The notes beneath the pieces were generated by a model. That model did not search any database and had not been told where the DNA came from. It saw only the letters and a list, made by a program, of their open reading frames with translations. Positions 25,740-38,962 of a stretch of 64,000 bases of DNA are shown one piece after another. The position numbers were made by a program, and so were the translations under genes. Source of the DNA: Tubiluchus corallicola (Eukaryota > Animalia > Priapulida); assembly GCA_030141605.1 (NCBI GenBank), contig JAQGDQ010000015.1:930001-994000 (forward strand), in the 5' to 3' direction. The number at the start of each line of letters is the position of its first letter. The stretch's first letter is position 1.

Positions 25740-28010
25740 TTATTGACGGTCTCTCCTCAACAATTTGCGAAATTGCGGCAGATTTGTTGCGTCAACTGTT
25801 TCACTATTAAGTGAATTCAAAGGGCTCACAACACAAGAAGAGAAGAAATGAGCTCTGATATTAGTGCAAGAGTACCGCACAAATACTTTAGAATTGTGTC
25901 CGCATAAATCACGTAGTGGTCTAGAAAAACATTTATCACTACGCAAAATAGAACTACCACTAATGACTTTAATAAGACTGTTAATAAGGTCTATAGTATC
26001 ACGGCGTTGTTCAAGAGAAGATACAGGGTCAGGCTGAATATCAGAGACCAGACTAATACATCTCCATTGAGTTTTTTCTAAAGCATTTTAAGAGTAACAT
26101 ACTGTGGTGACCAAACAACGCGTGCATATTCCAGTATTGGCCTAACTACAGCTTTATAAAGAGGTACAATAACTTGCACTGATGAAATGCAGCGTTTTAT
26201 CATTCCAATGTGTCTATTGGCCTGAGCAATACTCCAGATTGTTTTGAGACTAATACACATAAATCACGTACAACTGATTTTTCTTCAATAGCACCATCAC
26301 CGAGATAATAAGGTATTGCAGAATTAGGACAAATACGAAGTGCGCTGCATTTACTACGTTTGAGGGACATTAACCAGTTGTCACACCACCGATCAATTTC
26401 AGACAGGTCAGGTTGTAATATCGCTTGGTCAGAGAAATTTCTGATTGGACGGTAAGGTCTTATATCATCCACAAAGAGTGGTATACGTGTGTCAGGGGAT
26501 ACACAATCAGTAACATCATTGATAAAAATAAGAAAACAACAAATAAGAAATAAGACAAAGTCCCTTGAGGAATGCCACTGGTTACATTTCTCATGGAAGT
26601 GGTTACACCATTTAAAACTAATCTTTGCCTTCTATGTGTTAGAAAATGATGAAACCATTATAGTAGTTTCCCTCTTGTACCTGCAAATTCCATTTTCAAC
26701 ATGAGACGACGAAGAGGAACAGAATCAAATGCTTTTCTAAAATCAATATATAGAATATCAATTGATGGAAGAGAAGGGTCATCAAAGAACTTGGACCAGT
26801 CATTTAAGCATTCGAGAAGATTTGTTTTTGTGGAGCATTACAGTAAAGAGCCATGTTGATTATTATTGAATTGGCCAGAAGATAGGAGGAATTTTGGTAT
26901 GTTACCCCATCCCCCGAAAGAGCTTCAAGGCATTTACTGAAAACAGAAAATAAAGAAATATGGTGTAATTCGTCACATGTCAAGTTGGTGCTAGGTTTTT
27001 GGGGGATGGAGTAACATTACAATCTAACCAGTCCTGAGGGACTATATCACACTCCAAGGATTTGCAAAAAAGAAAAAAAGAGGTAATGAGAGTTGTAAGG
27101 CACATGATTTCAATAAAAAACCGTGAACATTATCAGGGCCAACAGCTTTAAAAGGTTTAAATTTGGAAAGTTTATCATAGACATCATTCACAGTAAATGT
27201 ATGAAATGCAATCATTATTCCAAGACAAGGGAGTTGTTAAGGGTCCATTATCAGGTTCATTAGTGAAGAAAGAAGCAGAAGAATCATTAATAGTATTAGC
27301 AACTGTGATAGGATTTGAAATAACATGTTGATGATCATTAATAGTAGTAATACGATTAGGAGGTTTACTATAACGGTAAAAGTCTTTATCACTCTTACTT
27401 AGTTGATTTGCAAGACGCTCTTCATATCGCAAGCAAGCAGAATATAAAGCTGATTTCAATTCCTGCGAGGAGCAAGTATATGCAGCATGAACACTGTTAA
27501 GATTAGAATAGTTCCATTTTGACCATAATTTGTGTTTACGAGATCTTGCTTTAGTAACAATGGGGTCATTTAGCCAAGGGGAAGATATAAGTTTACGCTG
27601 TTTAGCAGAAATTCCTGTTAATGGTACAAATTGGTCAACTGCTTCATTATATGCAGGCAAAAAGTAATTCCAACAAAAAATAATGGCAGAATTGTGAAAC
27701 TGAGCTTTCCAGTCAATGTTTTCAAAAAATTTATTAATGAAGTTAATTTAGAACGATTAAAGTCACGTCAGGGTGTAGTTACAAGTTCTTGGTAATTGTA
27801 CATGTATCAAAACAAATGCTAGTGTTATGATCACTAGTTGAAAGTCCATGCCAAGAAGAGCAATTCGTAATGCGTTCAGGACAATTACTTAAGACTAATT
27901 CTAGGCAACTGTTTGTGCAAGCAGAAAAATGAGCTAACTGATAAAGCAGGTTATCATGTAAAGAATTAATAAACATACACTCAAGATCATTATGAGGAAC
28001 TGGGTCAGGC
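25740..28010 (-). mobile_element. Degenerate CR1-group LINE ORF2 (endonuclease end, RT, C-terminus)
   Basis: Fragment ORFs with STSDHN, SPWL, IDRWCDNWLMSL, VRDLCVLV, LYKAVVRPILEYARVVWSP, RAHFFS; many stops and frameshifts. Confidence 0.85.
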
Positions 28011-30310
28011 CATACTACTCGCTGTTTGCTTATAAGCTGCTAAGGTATAATATGCCCCTTCTCATTTTCGTATCTTTTTTATTTAGTTTTTCATACATAC
28101 ATTGGTTGTAATTATTGCTGTCATGTAAATTTTATCTGGTTTATGTTTACATACTGTGTTGAATTTGATAATCGATGTGAAATTATTGTAAGATAGGTTT
28201 ATTAAATGATAATAAATTTAATGTAATACCTAGTTACTCTTAGAATAGCTTCACTTAGGTGTGGTTCAAGATGACGAATAGAGCTATAGCATCGTTAGCA
28301 GTGAGTAAATGTATGCTCAATTTGAGATGTGGAGCTAATATCGATGTGAAGGAGAGAGGCTTGATGTTGGGCAAAAAACTTGAGAGCGAGGATGAGATTG
28401 GGCGTAGTGGAGAGCAAGTCACTGATACAAGTACATTGCAAATCTAGATCAAAAAAGTGATTCAAGTTAACATGGAGATAAATGTGTAGTTTTATTGTTT
28501 GTGGCACGTGAAGAGTGTATTTAGCAGTACACATAAATGAAGTGTGGACGAGCATTAGTGGGATAAATATGAAGGAAGTTTATTGACATTTACACAACAT
28601 CTCACACATTACAAATCCATTAGTTCTACAATAACACAATGTGAAATTTTCTACACAAGGCAGTAATACATCTCTGCAGATTTCGTATCTCTACAATCTT
28701 AGTTCATCTTCACATCAGTATTATCTATATTACTTTGAGGTGGCGCTCCCTACAGCAGACCTTTTATAATGCAGTGTCTTGGGATTTCTATAAATAATCT
28801 TCTTTTTCTGGAGCAGCGTTCACTTTTCCAGTGGCTACGTTTTCTTATGGGTATTATTTATTGATTTTACATGAAAACCGTTTTACGTAAAACCACTTGC
28901 AAATCCTACTGGTTCGCTATTGTGTGAAAACATGTAACAACTAATAAGAATAATCATGGCAAAGTGACTTCAGAACAGGTTTGCCCTGTTCAGACAGAGT
29001 ATTAAACAGTTTAACTCCATGCTGCGCCAGGGCAACCAAAATATTCAATAGGGTAGTTTGGCACTAATAATTTTGCTCGAATGTGATTTTACTTTAATTT
29101 AATATGATATTGTTCCAATTCTACTTCAGTGTGCTTTTAATTACTGTGGCTTTAACTTACATTCCATTTTAAGACGATCTTACTAAGCATTGTGCTTTTT
29201 AATTGCGTTGTATTTTTTAACTAATGTGGTTTTAGTATGACCTTATAAATCGTGCTACTTATGCTGGTATTAATAAATGACGAACATTTCTGATGTGATG
29301 TGGACTGTGGTTAATTTAATTTTGGTTAACTTAGTGGTGGACAAACAACGCTTTTGTTATCAATTAATCGTTTAATGGCCAGTTTCACTTATAAAATCCA
29401 TAATTCATGAGCATAGCCTGGGGGCAATAACTCTTCAGTCAATGCAGAGCCACACTCTTTGCTCTATTCAGCCCAGCTCCCCCAGAGTCTCTAAAATTCG
29501 CTCATTCACATTGAGGTTGCTCTGAGCTAGGTTTGTATCAGCATCGACCTACTTAAGAAACTCAGGTGACTTAAATTTGGGTGGCAATTTTCCTGTAATT
29601 ACTGAACTCAAACTCTAACTCAAATAAAAGTACTTTTCATCCCAAGTTTCTAAATAAACCATCAAACAGTAGCGCCTTTCTAATATCTCTACACTCAGAA
29701 CTTCTGAATCAGAAGGCGCTATAACTTGCATGTACTGATACCCTTTTATGCTCTTCATCTTTTAAATTTGGCCTTCCACGTAATTGTGCTAACTCTCATG
29801 CTAGATCACAAGCTTCAGCTTCAATACATTATAGAGAATAAAACTTTATTGTTCTACCACCAAACAACAACGTCACTTTATAACTCCCTAACTATATAAA
29901 CTTCTTCTTGGTTTAATTTTAAGTTACTTTCTATTCTAGAGACTTATGGGGATTAAACAACATAGTCTTTTGCAAAATTTGTCTGAATGATCTTGTCGGT
30001 AGGGGTGAGCATCGAGCGTTCGAGTTCGATTCGAACAAGTTTTTTTAGTTTGAACTCGATGTAAACCCAAAACTATAGGTTCCAATAATTCAGCACTTCA
30101 ATCATATATGTTCTTTATCATTAAAACGATTGAAACATCATGCAATTAGCATAATTTAGCAGTTATTTCTGTGCACAATTTTAAGCAAATTACTAGTCGT
30201 TTTATTGCAGAACAAAATAGAGTGATATGCATGATCTTTGTAAGACTAATTTTTACTGGTGGTTCGAAAACTTATTCGAAAATCCTTCAATCTCAATTCG
30301 AATTCGAAAC

Positions 30311-30628
30311 TGTTGTGGAGATCCACTAGAATTAAATAGAATATTGTAGAACGCTCTATAGTATAGAGTATAGTAGAACAATCTTCTTACCTTGTAGAAG
30401 TTTCGAGAACTTTCTATTTCTAGGCTGGCCGCTGAAGTTTATTCTCTCACATTCTCTTGAATCATCGTATTTCTAGCTTTCACGTTTCCAGATTATCACA
30501 TTTACTGTAAACATTTTGCGTTCCTTCATACTTTTGGGTTGAGAATTCTCGCATAATAAACTAGTTTAATTTGACGACGTGTTTTCTGGTTTTCTGTACG
30601 AGCCTTCCGAGAGAAACAAAACACAACA
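30311..30628 (+). mobile_element. Solo LTR (318 bp; BEL/Pao- or Copia-like ends)
   Basis: TGTTGTG...CACAACA termini; perfect 5-bp TSD GAAAC (30306-30310, 30629-30633); internal AATAAA near 30555; the site is empty in the paralogous MITE at about 60816-60820. Confidence 0.85.
30396..30415. promoter_or_regulatory. Perfect 4-unit heat-shock element inside the solo LTR
   Basis: aGAAg tTTCg aGAAc tTTCt matches alternating nGAAn/nTTCn; a degenerate second array lies at 30338-30357. Function untested. Confidence 0.6.
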
Positions 30629-31090
30629 GAAACACTGAAGTTCTGTTCGATTCGAATTCGAAAGTCACAAATTCGGTTCGATTCGAATTCGCTTTCTGGT
30701 AGAGAATGCTCACCCCGACTTATCAGGATATTCTATGTATTGCCACTATCATTGATCACAAGGACTGTAATTATATTCTCGTCTGAGGTTACAATTCACA
30801 TTCAGTTATTTTTATACACTCTATTAAAATACCTGATTTGATTGTTTTTATATTATAGCAGAGCTCGTTGTAGTAATTCACAGGCTTTGTAGGATTGTCG
30901 CTCCCATATATATAGTTATCATTACGTGAACGTACAGCGAGTCGGTGATGATGATAACGAAGATTGTTCATATTGACTGCGTATCAATCAAGATCAGCCA
31001 CTGCTATTAAAGATCACATAACAATCAATTAACATCTCGTAACATTTTTTAATTTTAATTAATTTACTTTTTATTTCAGCCAAAATAACA

Positions 31091-34000
31091 TTCAATTCAA
31101 TTTATTGCTCAAATACATATAATATACATTGGTAAAACACAATACTTTACATACATGTTAAATAGTGCATATTTTTTTAAGAGATTTAATACTAATACTA
31201 ATAGATTTATTTCGCAATAAACATATACATTACATGTGTATCGATAATCAGTTTTTGTTAATACAAAAATATTGTACATTTCATGAATTCTGCGCTAGAG
31301 ACCTAAGAAGCTAGCTTACGGTAGGCCACTAGAATTAGTTACGAAAAAAATTACAATATATACAGATACAATATTACAATATATACAAACATAAATACGG
31401 GTGGGAAGTAATAAAAATATTATTATACTAGAGGGGAAGTTTTTGAAAATGAAAAACAACAAATCATAATTGAGTGATCAGTTATATGTTTCAAGTAAGT
31501 TTAATTTATAATTTTTTTTAAATATGGACAGCGAGTTGGCATTTTTAATAGCTGGAGCAATTGAATTCCATATGTAAGGGCCATTGTATTTAATAGAAAA
31601 TTTTCTAACATTAGTGTTGCACTGCATGTAGTGATAGTTCAGTCTATAACGTGTGCCGTAATTATGTATCTCAGCATTCAAACAAAAATAATCAGTAAAT
31701 AAGGGAGGCAATAATTTATGAGAGAATTTGTACATGAAAATGGCAGTTTGGAACTTATTAATGTCATAAATGTTTAGAAAGTTTAGTCTTTTAAATATTG
31801 GTGGTGCATGGTCCTGATAACCGGCAAATGTTATAGCTCGCACTATTTTCTTCTGAATCAGATGAATTTTTTTCAATCGATTGGTGTATGTGCTTCCCCA
31901 AATAATGTTTGAATTATTAAGATATGGTAAAAAAAGAGAATTATATAATAATACAAGTACTGATTTAGGCAATATGTGTCTAACTCTGTAAATCTTGAGA
32001 TTTTGCTTTCGATAAATCTAAGATGTTCTTGCCAAGTTAGGTGTTCATCTATGATGATGCCTAAGAACTTAGCATATTTTACTTGATTTATTGGGACTTC
32101 ATCGATTTTTACTGTAAGATTGCTAGGGATTCTTTTATTTTTATTTGTAAATACAATAAATTTGGTTTTTTCAATATTTAGTGATAACTTATTAGCTTTA
32201 AACCAGGTGGAGAGGTGTACAAGTTCTTGGTTTACAGTATTTATCATTGATTCATAGTTTGAGTAACTATAGAATATGTTAGTATCATCGGCAAATAAAA
32301 TGAAGTCTAGCAGAGTGGAGACATTGTGGAGATCATTAACATAGAGAAGAAAAAGCAATGGACCTAAGATTGAGCCTTGGGGGACACCATAGTTGACTTG
32401 CTTCAAAGAAGAAAATGTGTTCTCAATTAGTACAGATTGTTTTCTGTTGTGTAAATAACTTGTAGACCACTGTAAAGGTAGACCTCTGACACCATAGTTG
32501 TTTAATTTATTTAAGAGTATTTGATGGTCAATAGTATCAAAGGCCTTAGATAAATCAATAGAAATACCAATTGTAAATTCATTATTGTCAATTGCATTTG
32601 ATATTAAATCAAAAAGTTCAAGTAGAGCCATGTAAGTGGAATGGTTTTCTCTAAAGCCTAGTTGTTTGTTATATAATATGTTTTTTTTAATGAAACTTAG
32701 TAGTCTATTATACATTAGTCTTTCAAGAATTTTGAAAAAACAGGGAAGAATTGAAATGGGTCTATAATTTTGAAACTGGGACTTATCACCAGTTTTAAAA
32801 ATTGGATTAACCTTAGCTATTTTCAGAGAGTCTGGGACTATACCTGTTGAAAATGACTTGTTAAACATATAGAGTAGAGGTTCAACAATACAGTTGATGG
32901 ATTTTTTTAAGGATAATTTGCGATATATCATCATACCCTGTACTGTTTTTATTTTTTAAATTATTTGCCACATTTAATAGCTCCATTTTGTCAATTGGAA
33001 GCAACTGCATTGAATTCCTACATGCATTTGGTAAGTATGAAAAATATGATGTATTTGTAGTGGGAATTTTATCTGCTAGAGTTGACCCTACATTTACAAA
33101 ATAGTTATTAAAGCCATCGGATATTTCTTTTGATGTCATTGGGTTATGCTGTGATTTTTTGAAATCTGACTGTTCTATATGAGAAGTATCTTTTTTTATT
33201 AATAGCTAAATTTATAATTTTCCACGTTTTTCTCATGTTATTCATATTACTTTTAATTGTATTGGCATAATAGTCTTTTTCGGCTTTTCTTAGTATTGGT
33301 CTACTACATTAAGTTATTTCTGTAAGTTTTATAATGGTCATTGTCAAGATCAATAGTTTTTTTTAATTTTAGCTCATATAATTTATTTTAGTGTTTAATT
33401 GAGTGTATCAACCCGCTTGTTAGCCAAGGTTTATTTAACATCCGTGGCTTTACTATTTTTGTGACTAGTGGAAAGCTATCATTGTGAATATTGTAGTAAT
33501 CTTTAAAGAAGGATTGAAATGCCAAGTCAGGATTTTGTATGAAAAATATTTGGGACCAGTCATGGGATGCTAGTTTGGACTTGAAGTCTGCGATGGTGCT
33601 ATCATTAAAGATTCTACATTTTGACACTATTGGTTTTGAATGAAGTGCCACTTTTAAGGTAGTTACTGAATAAATGGGAAAATGGTCAGATATATCACTG
33701 TAGAGAATGCCCGAGTTTAGATTGTCATTTGACACACAGTTTGTAAATATATTATCGATTAAAGTTGCTGAGTAAGTAGTAATTTTTGTTGGTTTGGTGA
33801 TTAAGGGATACAATGAATGACTAAGTAGGCAATTGAGAAAAGATTCAGTTCCTTCATGCGAGTCACAGTTAAGCAAGTTTAAGTTGAAATCGCCGCAGAT
33901 AAAGATGTGCTTGTTTTCATCAATTATTTTAGAGAGAAGGTTATCTAAACCATCAAGAAATGCTGGGATACTGCTACCTGGAGGTCTGTATAACACTCCA

Positions 34001-35570
34001 ACTAAAATATTTTTTGTAAGTTCTTGGGTAATTTCAACAATCAGTGATTCACAGGTTTGTTCATTGAAGCAGTCTAAGTCATTACGAGGTTTACTGTTTA
34101 AATCAACCTTTATATACAGGGAAACCCCTCCACCTGTTCTCTGTTTGCGGGTTTTTGAGTAGTGATTATAATGTTTTATTGAGAATTGATTTTTATTCTG
34201 ATCATTAAGCCAGGTTTCTGTAAAAGATAGGAACGAAAATTCACCATTCAACGTGGATAGTAAATCTGTTATTATGTAACTGTAAAAGTTGTAATGTAAC
34301 AGAATCAGGTAAATCGATCAGGTCAATAGCATTTTTGAATTGCATTTCATTTTCTATATTATTGAAGGGCAATATATTTGCAAGACAGTTTGCATAGTAC
34401 AGCGAATCTACACTAGTTAAAACACTGTCTTGCTCTGCCGTTAGATTAGCACATATCAAGTGTTGCCAAATTCCACAAATGTTACATAACAGACCATTGT
34501 GGTCATTTTTTACCTTATTAAAACATATTGAACAATTATCATTTTGATTATTAGTAATCATAGTAGTTATTGAACGTTATTACCAGATAATCTTTTCACC
34601 TCTGCTTGATACTTCGGGCAGGTTTTGCTTCTGGTATCGTGGTCCCCTTTGCAATTGGAGCACTTCTTTTCGTTGTAGTCACAGTCTGATGTACTGCGCT
34701 TGCTAGAGCAGATACCGCACATCACAGTTCTGTTACACCTTTTTGAGACGTGACCAAAATTTTGGCACTTGAAGCACCGTAGCGGTTTTGGCTTGGTGAC
34801 AAACTGTTCCACACCACAAATTAGTTGACCGATGGCTATTCCTTTCCTTTTGGCTTCATTCAACATGTCCGCACTACTGAATTTCACTTTTACGAGAGTC
34901 ATTGGTTTACCACTTTTGAACTTGAAACGTTCTATAGCTGCATCGTAATCAAATTGCTGGACGTTATGCAGGATTTCATCCTCTGTCATGCTGGGATCAC
35001 AGTCTCGTACTAGACCCCAGAATTGTATCTTAGGTTTTCTCGCATTCGTATTGTCACCTAGAAAACATGGCTGCCATTTCTGAAGAATGTCGTTTGCTGT
35101 TTCGGTGTCCGGAAGTTGCAGTTGGATTTTTCCAGTTGCCGTCCTGAAAGCTACTTCAAAACGAGTTCTAGGGAAATAGTGGCTAAGGTTCTTCTTTATA
35201 GACATGCTAGTTTTTGAGATGTCTTTATCATTAAAGTTTTCAATGAGTATCGTTCTGTCCTGGTCGTACAAATACGACACACTTTGCTGGCTGGTATTTC
35301 TCGTGGTTTTCACTGTAACTTGACCTAAGTTACATGATACAGCGTCCTTGTATGAACAATTTTGCGATTTCCCCAGTGCTACAAGTTATCAATTTATATT
35401 CGTAATTTGGTTTTCCATGTTTGTGATTTTGTTGATCATGAGTTCCTCTCGTGGAAGATCATCTTCGCTGTTGTTCAGCAGACGAATAATTTCGATCAAC
35501 TTCTTGTTACTTTTCTCATGGTTTATCATGCTGCAGGCTATTGAAGCTAACGATATATTAAATTAATTAA
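31091..35570 (-). mobile_element. Near full-length CR1/L2-group (Crack/Daphne-like) LINE, frameshifted
   Basis: ORF1 34567-35313 (extends upstream, broken) with CCHC knuckles; ORF2 pieces 34241-34561 (PHD-like), 33388-34251 (APE: TETW, YRPP, GDFN, SDHFP), 32882-33139, 31873-32934 (RT: DLSKAFD, GVPQGSILGP, FADD), 31478-31972; 3' AATAAA followed by a (TTGAA)2 tail. 5' end and TSD not found. Confidence 0.92.
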
Positions 35571-37162
35571 TATAAGCTTTGTGCAAAGAAGTTATTATCA
35601 GTGATAGTAATAAAAGTAATTAACATTTTTGGTATAATTTGTATTAGCATAGGTAAGTTAGCTAACTAATTAAAAAGCACTGATACAAAATCACAGTTAA
35701 ATGTATTTTTCAGCAATAAAGGAAAAGTAAAAAAATGACTTGAATAGTATTTGTTTCAGTTATTTGGATAAAAGTTTATAAGGAATAAATAATGAATGAG
35801 TTATAAAAGAATTATAATCAAAGTTTGCTGCCATAATGCTGATTTCTTCTTCAGTGGAGATTGAAGAAATTGTTGCCGACTTAAGTTTCTTGTACTGATG
35901 TGGACTACGATTCAAACTTACAAATACGTGAAGCACAAAGCTTATAAAAAATAAAAGAAAAAACAATTAATAAACTATACCTTATGCAATATATAATTAT
36001 ATAGACATGTTTAAAATGTCTCAACTCTTAAGGATTTGAATACTTCCGAGATTTCGATTCAATTAAATTCAGTTTATTCGCTCAAGTACATGAGAAAAAA
36101 TAATAATTGGAAAATTTGCTATGATTTATTATAGCTATTACACAGAGTACTGTCAATAAGTTATTACATGAAAACAAACAAAAACGTTTAATTAATAATT
36201 AACTATGACCAGTAACATGAGAAGCTTATAGATATTTACATTACACAAAATAATTTATGTTCAACCCGCTCTCCTCATTATTATTTATGTATAATATAGA
36301 GAGTTTTGTCTGATCTACAGAGCATGCACTCACTGATAAAGCTACCAAAGTTGTTAAGGTAGGACTTATTGTTGGAGCTAGATAGTCAAAGTATGGAAAA
36401 AACTGAGTTGTTTGAAAAAGTAAAATAATGAAAACGATTTTTGTATTTTTGTCTGATTTCTTTATATGCAGGGCATTCAAACATGGAAGTGATGTTCATC
36501 GTCTATTGGCTTTTGTACGTTCTCTTTACTACAGATACGGCTTTCATTTTCTAGTTGACTTATATATCTGCCTTTTTCAATTTGTAGGTCATGATTGCTT
36601 ATTCTGAGTTTTGTTACATTACGTCTGTGCTACTTATTAGTTACAGTTTGAAGGTATGGCTCTACTTGGTTTTTCAAACTGTGTATTTATGTTTCTGCAA
36701 AATCTTAACTTATTCTGTCCTCCTACTTTTCTGTTGTCATTAAATACATTAAATATTTCTTTGGAAAATAGCATTTTGTAGACTGCTTCTTTAGCGATAT
36801 TACAATATTTACAAAAGTATATGCAGATGTAAACATTTTGTAAGTTATTTACAACCACCTAGTTCATTTGAATGGCAATGTAATCGGTGGTGATGGTAAC
36901 TGGTCTGCCATTCTTCAAGAACTACTCCAGGTGAGTCTTGAAGGCATTTACACTGCTTTCTCCATTAAGCAGTTCCAGATATTAATAACCCTTTGGCTGA
37001 AACTGTACTTTCTAAAATCACTTCTAGACCTTTTAGCTAATTTTTTGGAGTGACTTTTTGGTCTCCTGTCAACTAGTAGTAAAAAACTAATTGCATTCCA
37101 GACCTTCGAGCTCATTCACAATTCTAAAAACTTCAATCAGATCTGCTGTCAGTTGATGGTGT

Positions 37163-37870
37163 CAGTGGCATAGCAAGTGATTGTGGTGTTCAGGGGCAAA
37201 AAACTTCTGGTACCTTAACCTTTTAATGTTTTGATTTTGTTTTATGGGAAAAACTGCAAATTGTGTACTTTTTTGTATCTTGAGCCCCACTTTCCTTTTT
37301 TGACATGATGGGAAAATTGTGCATGTTTTTTGCATTCCTGTGCAATACATATTCCCTTTTGACATGATGTCATAAAGATAAACGATTTTCTTTAAGAATT
37401 ACACTGAGTTTGATTTGTGGTACTACACCAGAATATCTCTTTTCTGTGTGTTCGTCTAGGAAAGTTGCTCATAACACAACAGTCTTTAAACATTCAGCTT
37501 TAGCATTAAAATATGCAAAGATTATGAAAGATACAGAACACAACAGGTCATCACAATGATTAATACAAGAGAAACACTAAAACTATTTTAGAGAAACGCT
37601 ACTGTTTGTCTCCCAAAATTATCAGTGTGCTAAGGCACACGCCATTAAAACTAATAACATTAAGCTTCTTTCTAGGCTGTATTGTGCGTAGTAATTGAGT
37701 CAGCTACGATGATCTCTGACTAGGCAATCTTGCTGTAGTTTGAAAACTTTTAATTGCTAATTTTGGATTAGTATTTAATAATATGTAGTCATTAAACTCT
37801 AGAAGAATTTTGTGCCCTCTTACTCTTGTGCCCTGGGGCGATTGCACCCTGTCACTTTGCTACGCCTCTG
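37163..37870. mobile_element. hAT-type MITE
   Basis: TIR CAGTGGCATAGCAA / CAGAGGCGTAGCAA; perfect 8-bp TSD GATGGTGT at 37155-37162 and 37871-37878. Confidence 0.85.
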
Positions 37871-38908
37871 GATGGTGTTCTTGGGTCATTAATCTCCATC
37901 TGTTCAATTTCTATTGTCATGTTAACTCTGTAAAACTAGGATATCAGTCAAGTTTATAGCTGTCTTTTGCACACCTTCAAGCAGTCTAATATCTTTCACC
38001 ATATATAGACTCCAAGCCTGCAGTTTTCCAATTACATCCTTGTTCTTAATAATAAAGTATTATGCCCAGTTTTTATTATGTCCAATGTTCTGTTAGATTG
38101 TATGTATTGTGTTATAGGTAGACAATTTTAACTTGTAAGCAGCTTAATGATGGTTTTTTAGCAAAATGTTCTTGTATTCTGCGGGAAACACCATCGAACG
38201 CACTTTACACCTCTCGCGGAAAAAACATTGAACTAACTCAGTTTTGGTAATGACATAACATGTAGTGAACTCACAGCAAGTTGTGATCTACAACTGCTCT
38301 TTACACCTGACCTTGACTCAGATAGATGATCAACTGACAGAAAGGTTTGTCAACCATCAAGTTTGCATGAGAAATGTGATATTTTTTGCCGTAAAAGCTT
38401 TAAATATAGTATATTTCAATGTGTAATGTTAAACAACCTACCCACGAGAGCAGAAATGGGTCTACAGGACTTTGTTAAAATTGTTGTGGAATAAGTGAAA
38501 AAAACTGTCAGCAATACATATAAGTTGCATTAGTAAGGCACGTTTCTTCTAGAAGGGAAGCTCCATGATAAATTCTGCTAGAACTGATTAATTTGCAAGC
38601 GTATAGAAATCACTAATGTAGCTCTAGTGTGACATAATTTTATAATGATAGATGTATTTTATCAGCCTTGAAAAAATAAGCCTGTGTGTATCCCATGCAT
38701 ACAGAGGCTATAACAAATTGTCTTTGTAATTGGTGTCTGAAGCATTATTCAGTTTGTTAGAATTTTCGATCGGTTAAAACCGAGTCTTGTTTCAAGTGAT
38801 AACCAAATGTTCTATATCCGTCTTTTCATTAAAATATTAAAGTGATAATATTAAATTTTAATTTCCGAAACTTCACAGCATACACAAATAGTACCAAAAA
38901 AGTGTGGC

Positions 38909-38962
38909 TATCGATAGATATCCAGTGATGTCCAAATGTTTGCAGGTTATAGATACGGAAGT
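38909..38962 (+). promoter_or_regulatory. Candidate core promoter motifs upstream of the SLC16 gene
   Basis: DRE-like TATCGATA (38909-38916) and ETS-like CGGAAGT (38956-38962) about 1.1 kb upstream of a candidate 5'UTR exon (about 40089-40235). Short motifs only. Confidence 0.25.

Larger units (their letters stand above)
30000..30718 (+). mobile_element. hAT MITE (TAGGGGTGAGCAT family) copy carrying a nested solo LTR
   Basis: TIR TAGGGGTGAGCAT; 8-bp TSD CTTGTCGG/CTTATCAG (6/8); very similar to 60467-60905 apart from the insert. Confidence 0.9.

Noticed and set aside
36868-37150. NVIGGDGN ORF resembling an APE endonuclease GGDFN motif
   Set aside because: Probably an old LINE relic, but too degraded to support as a feature.
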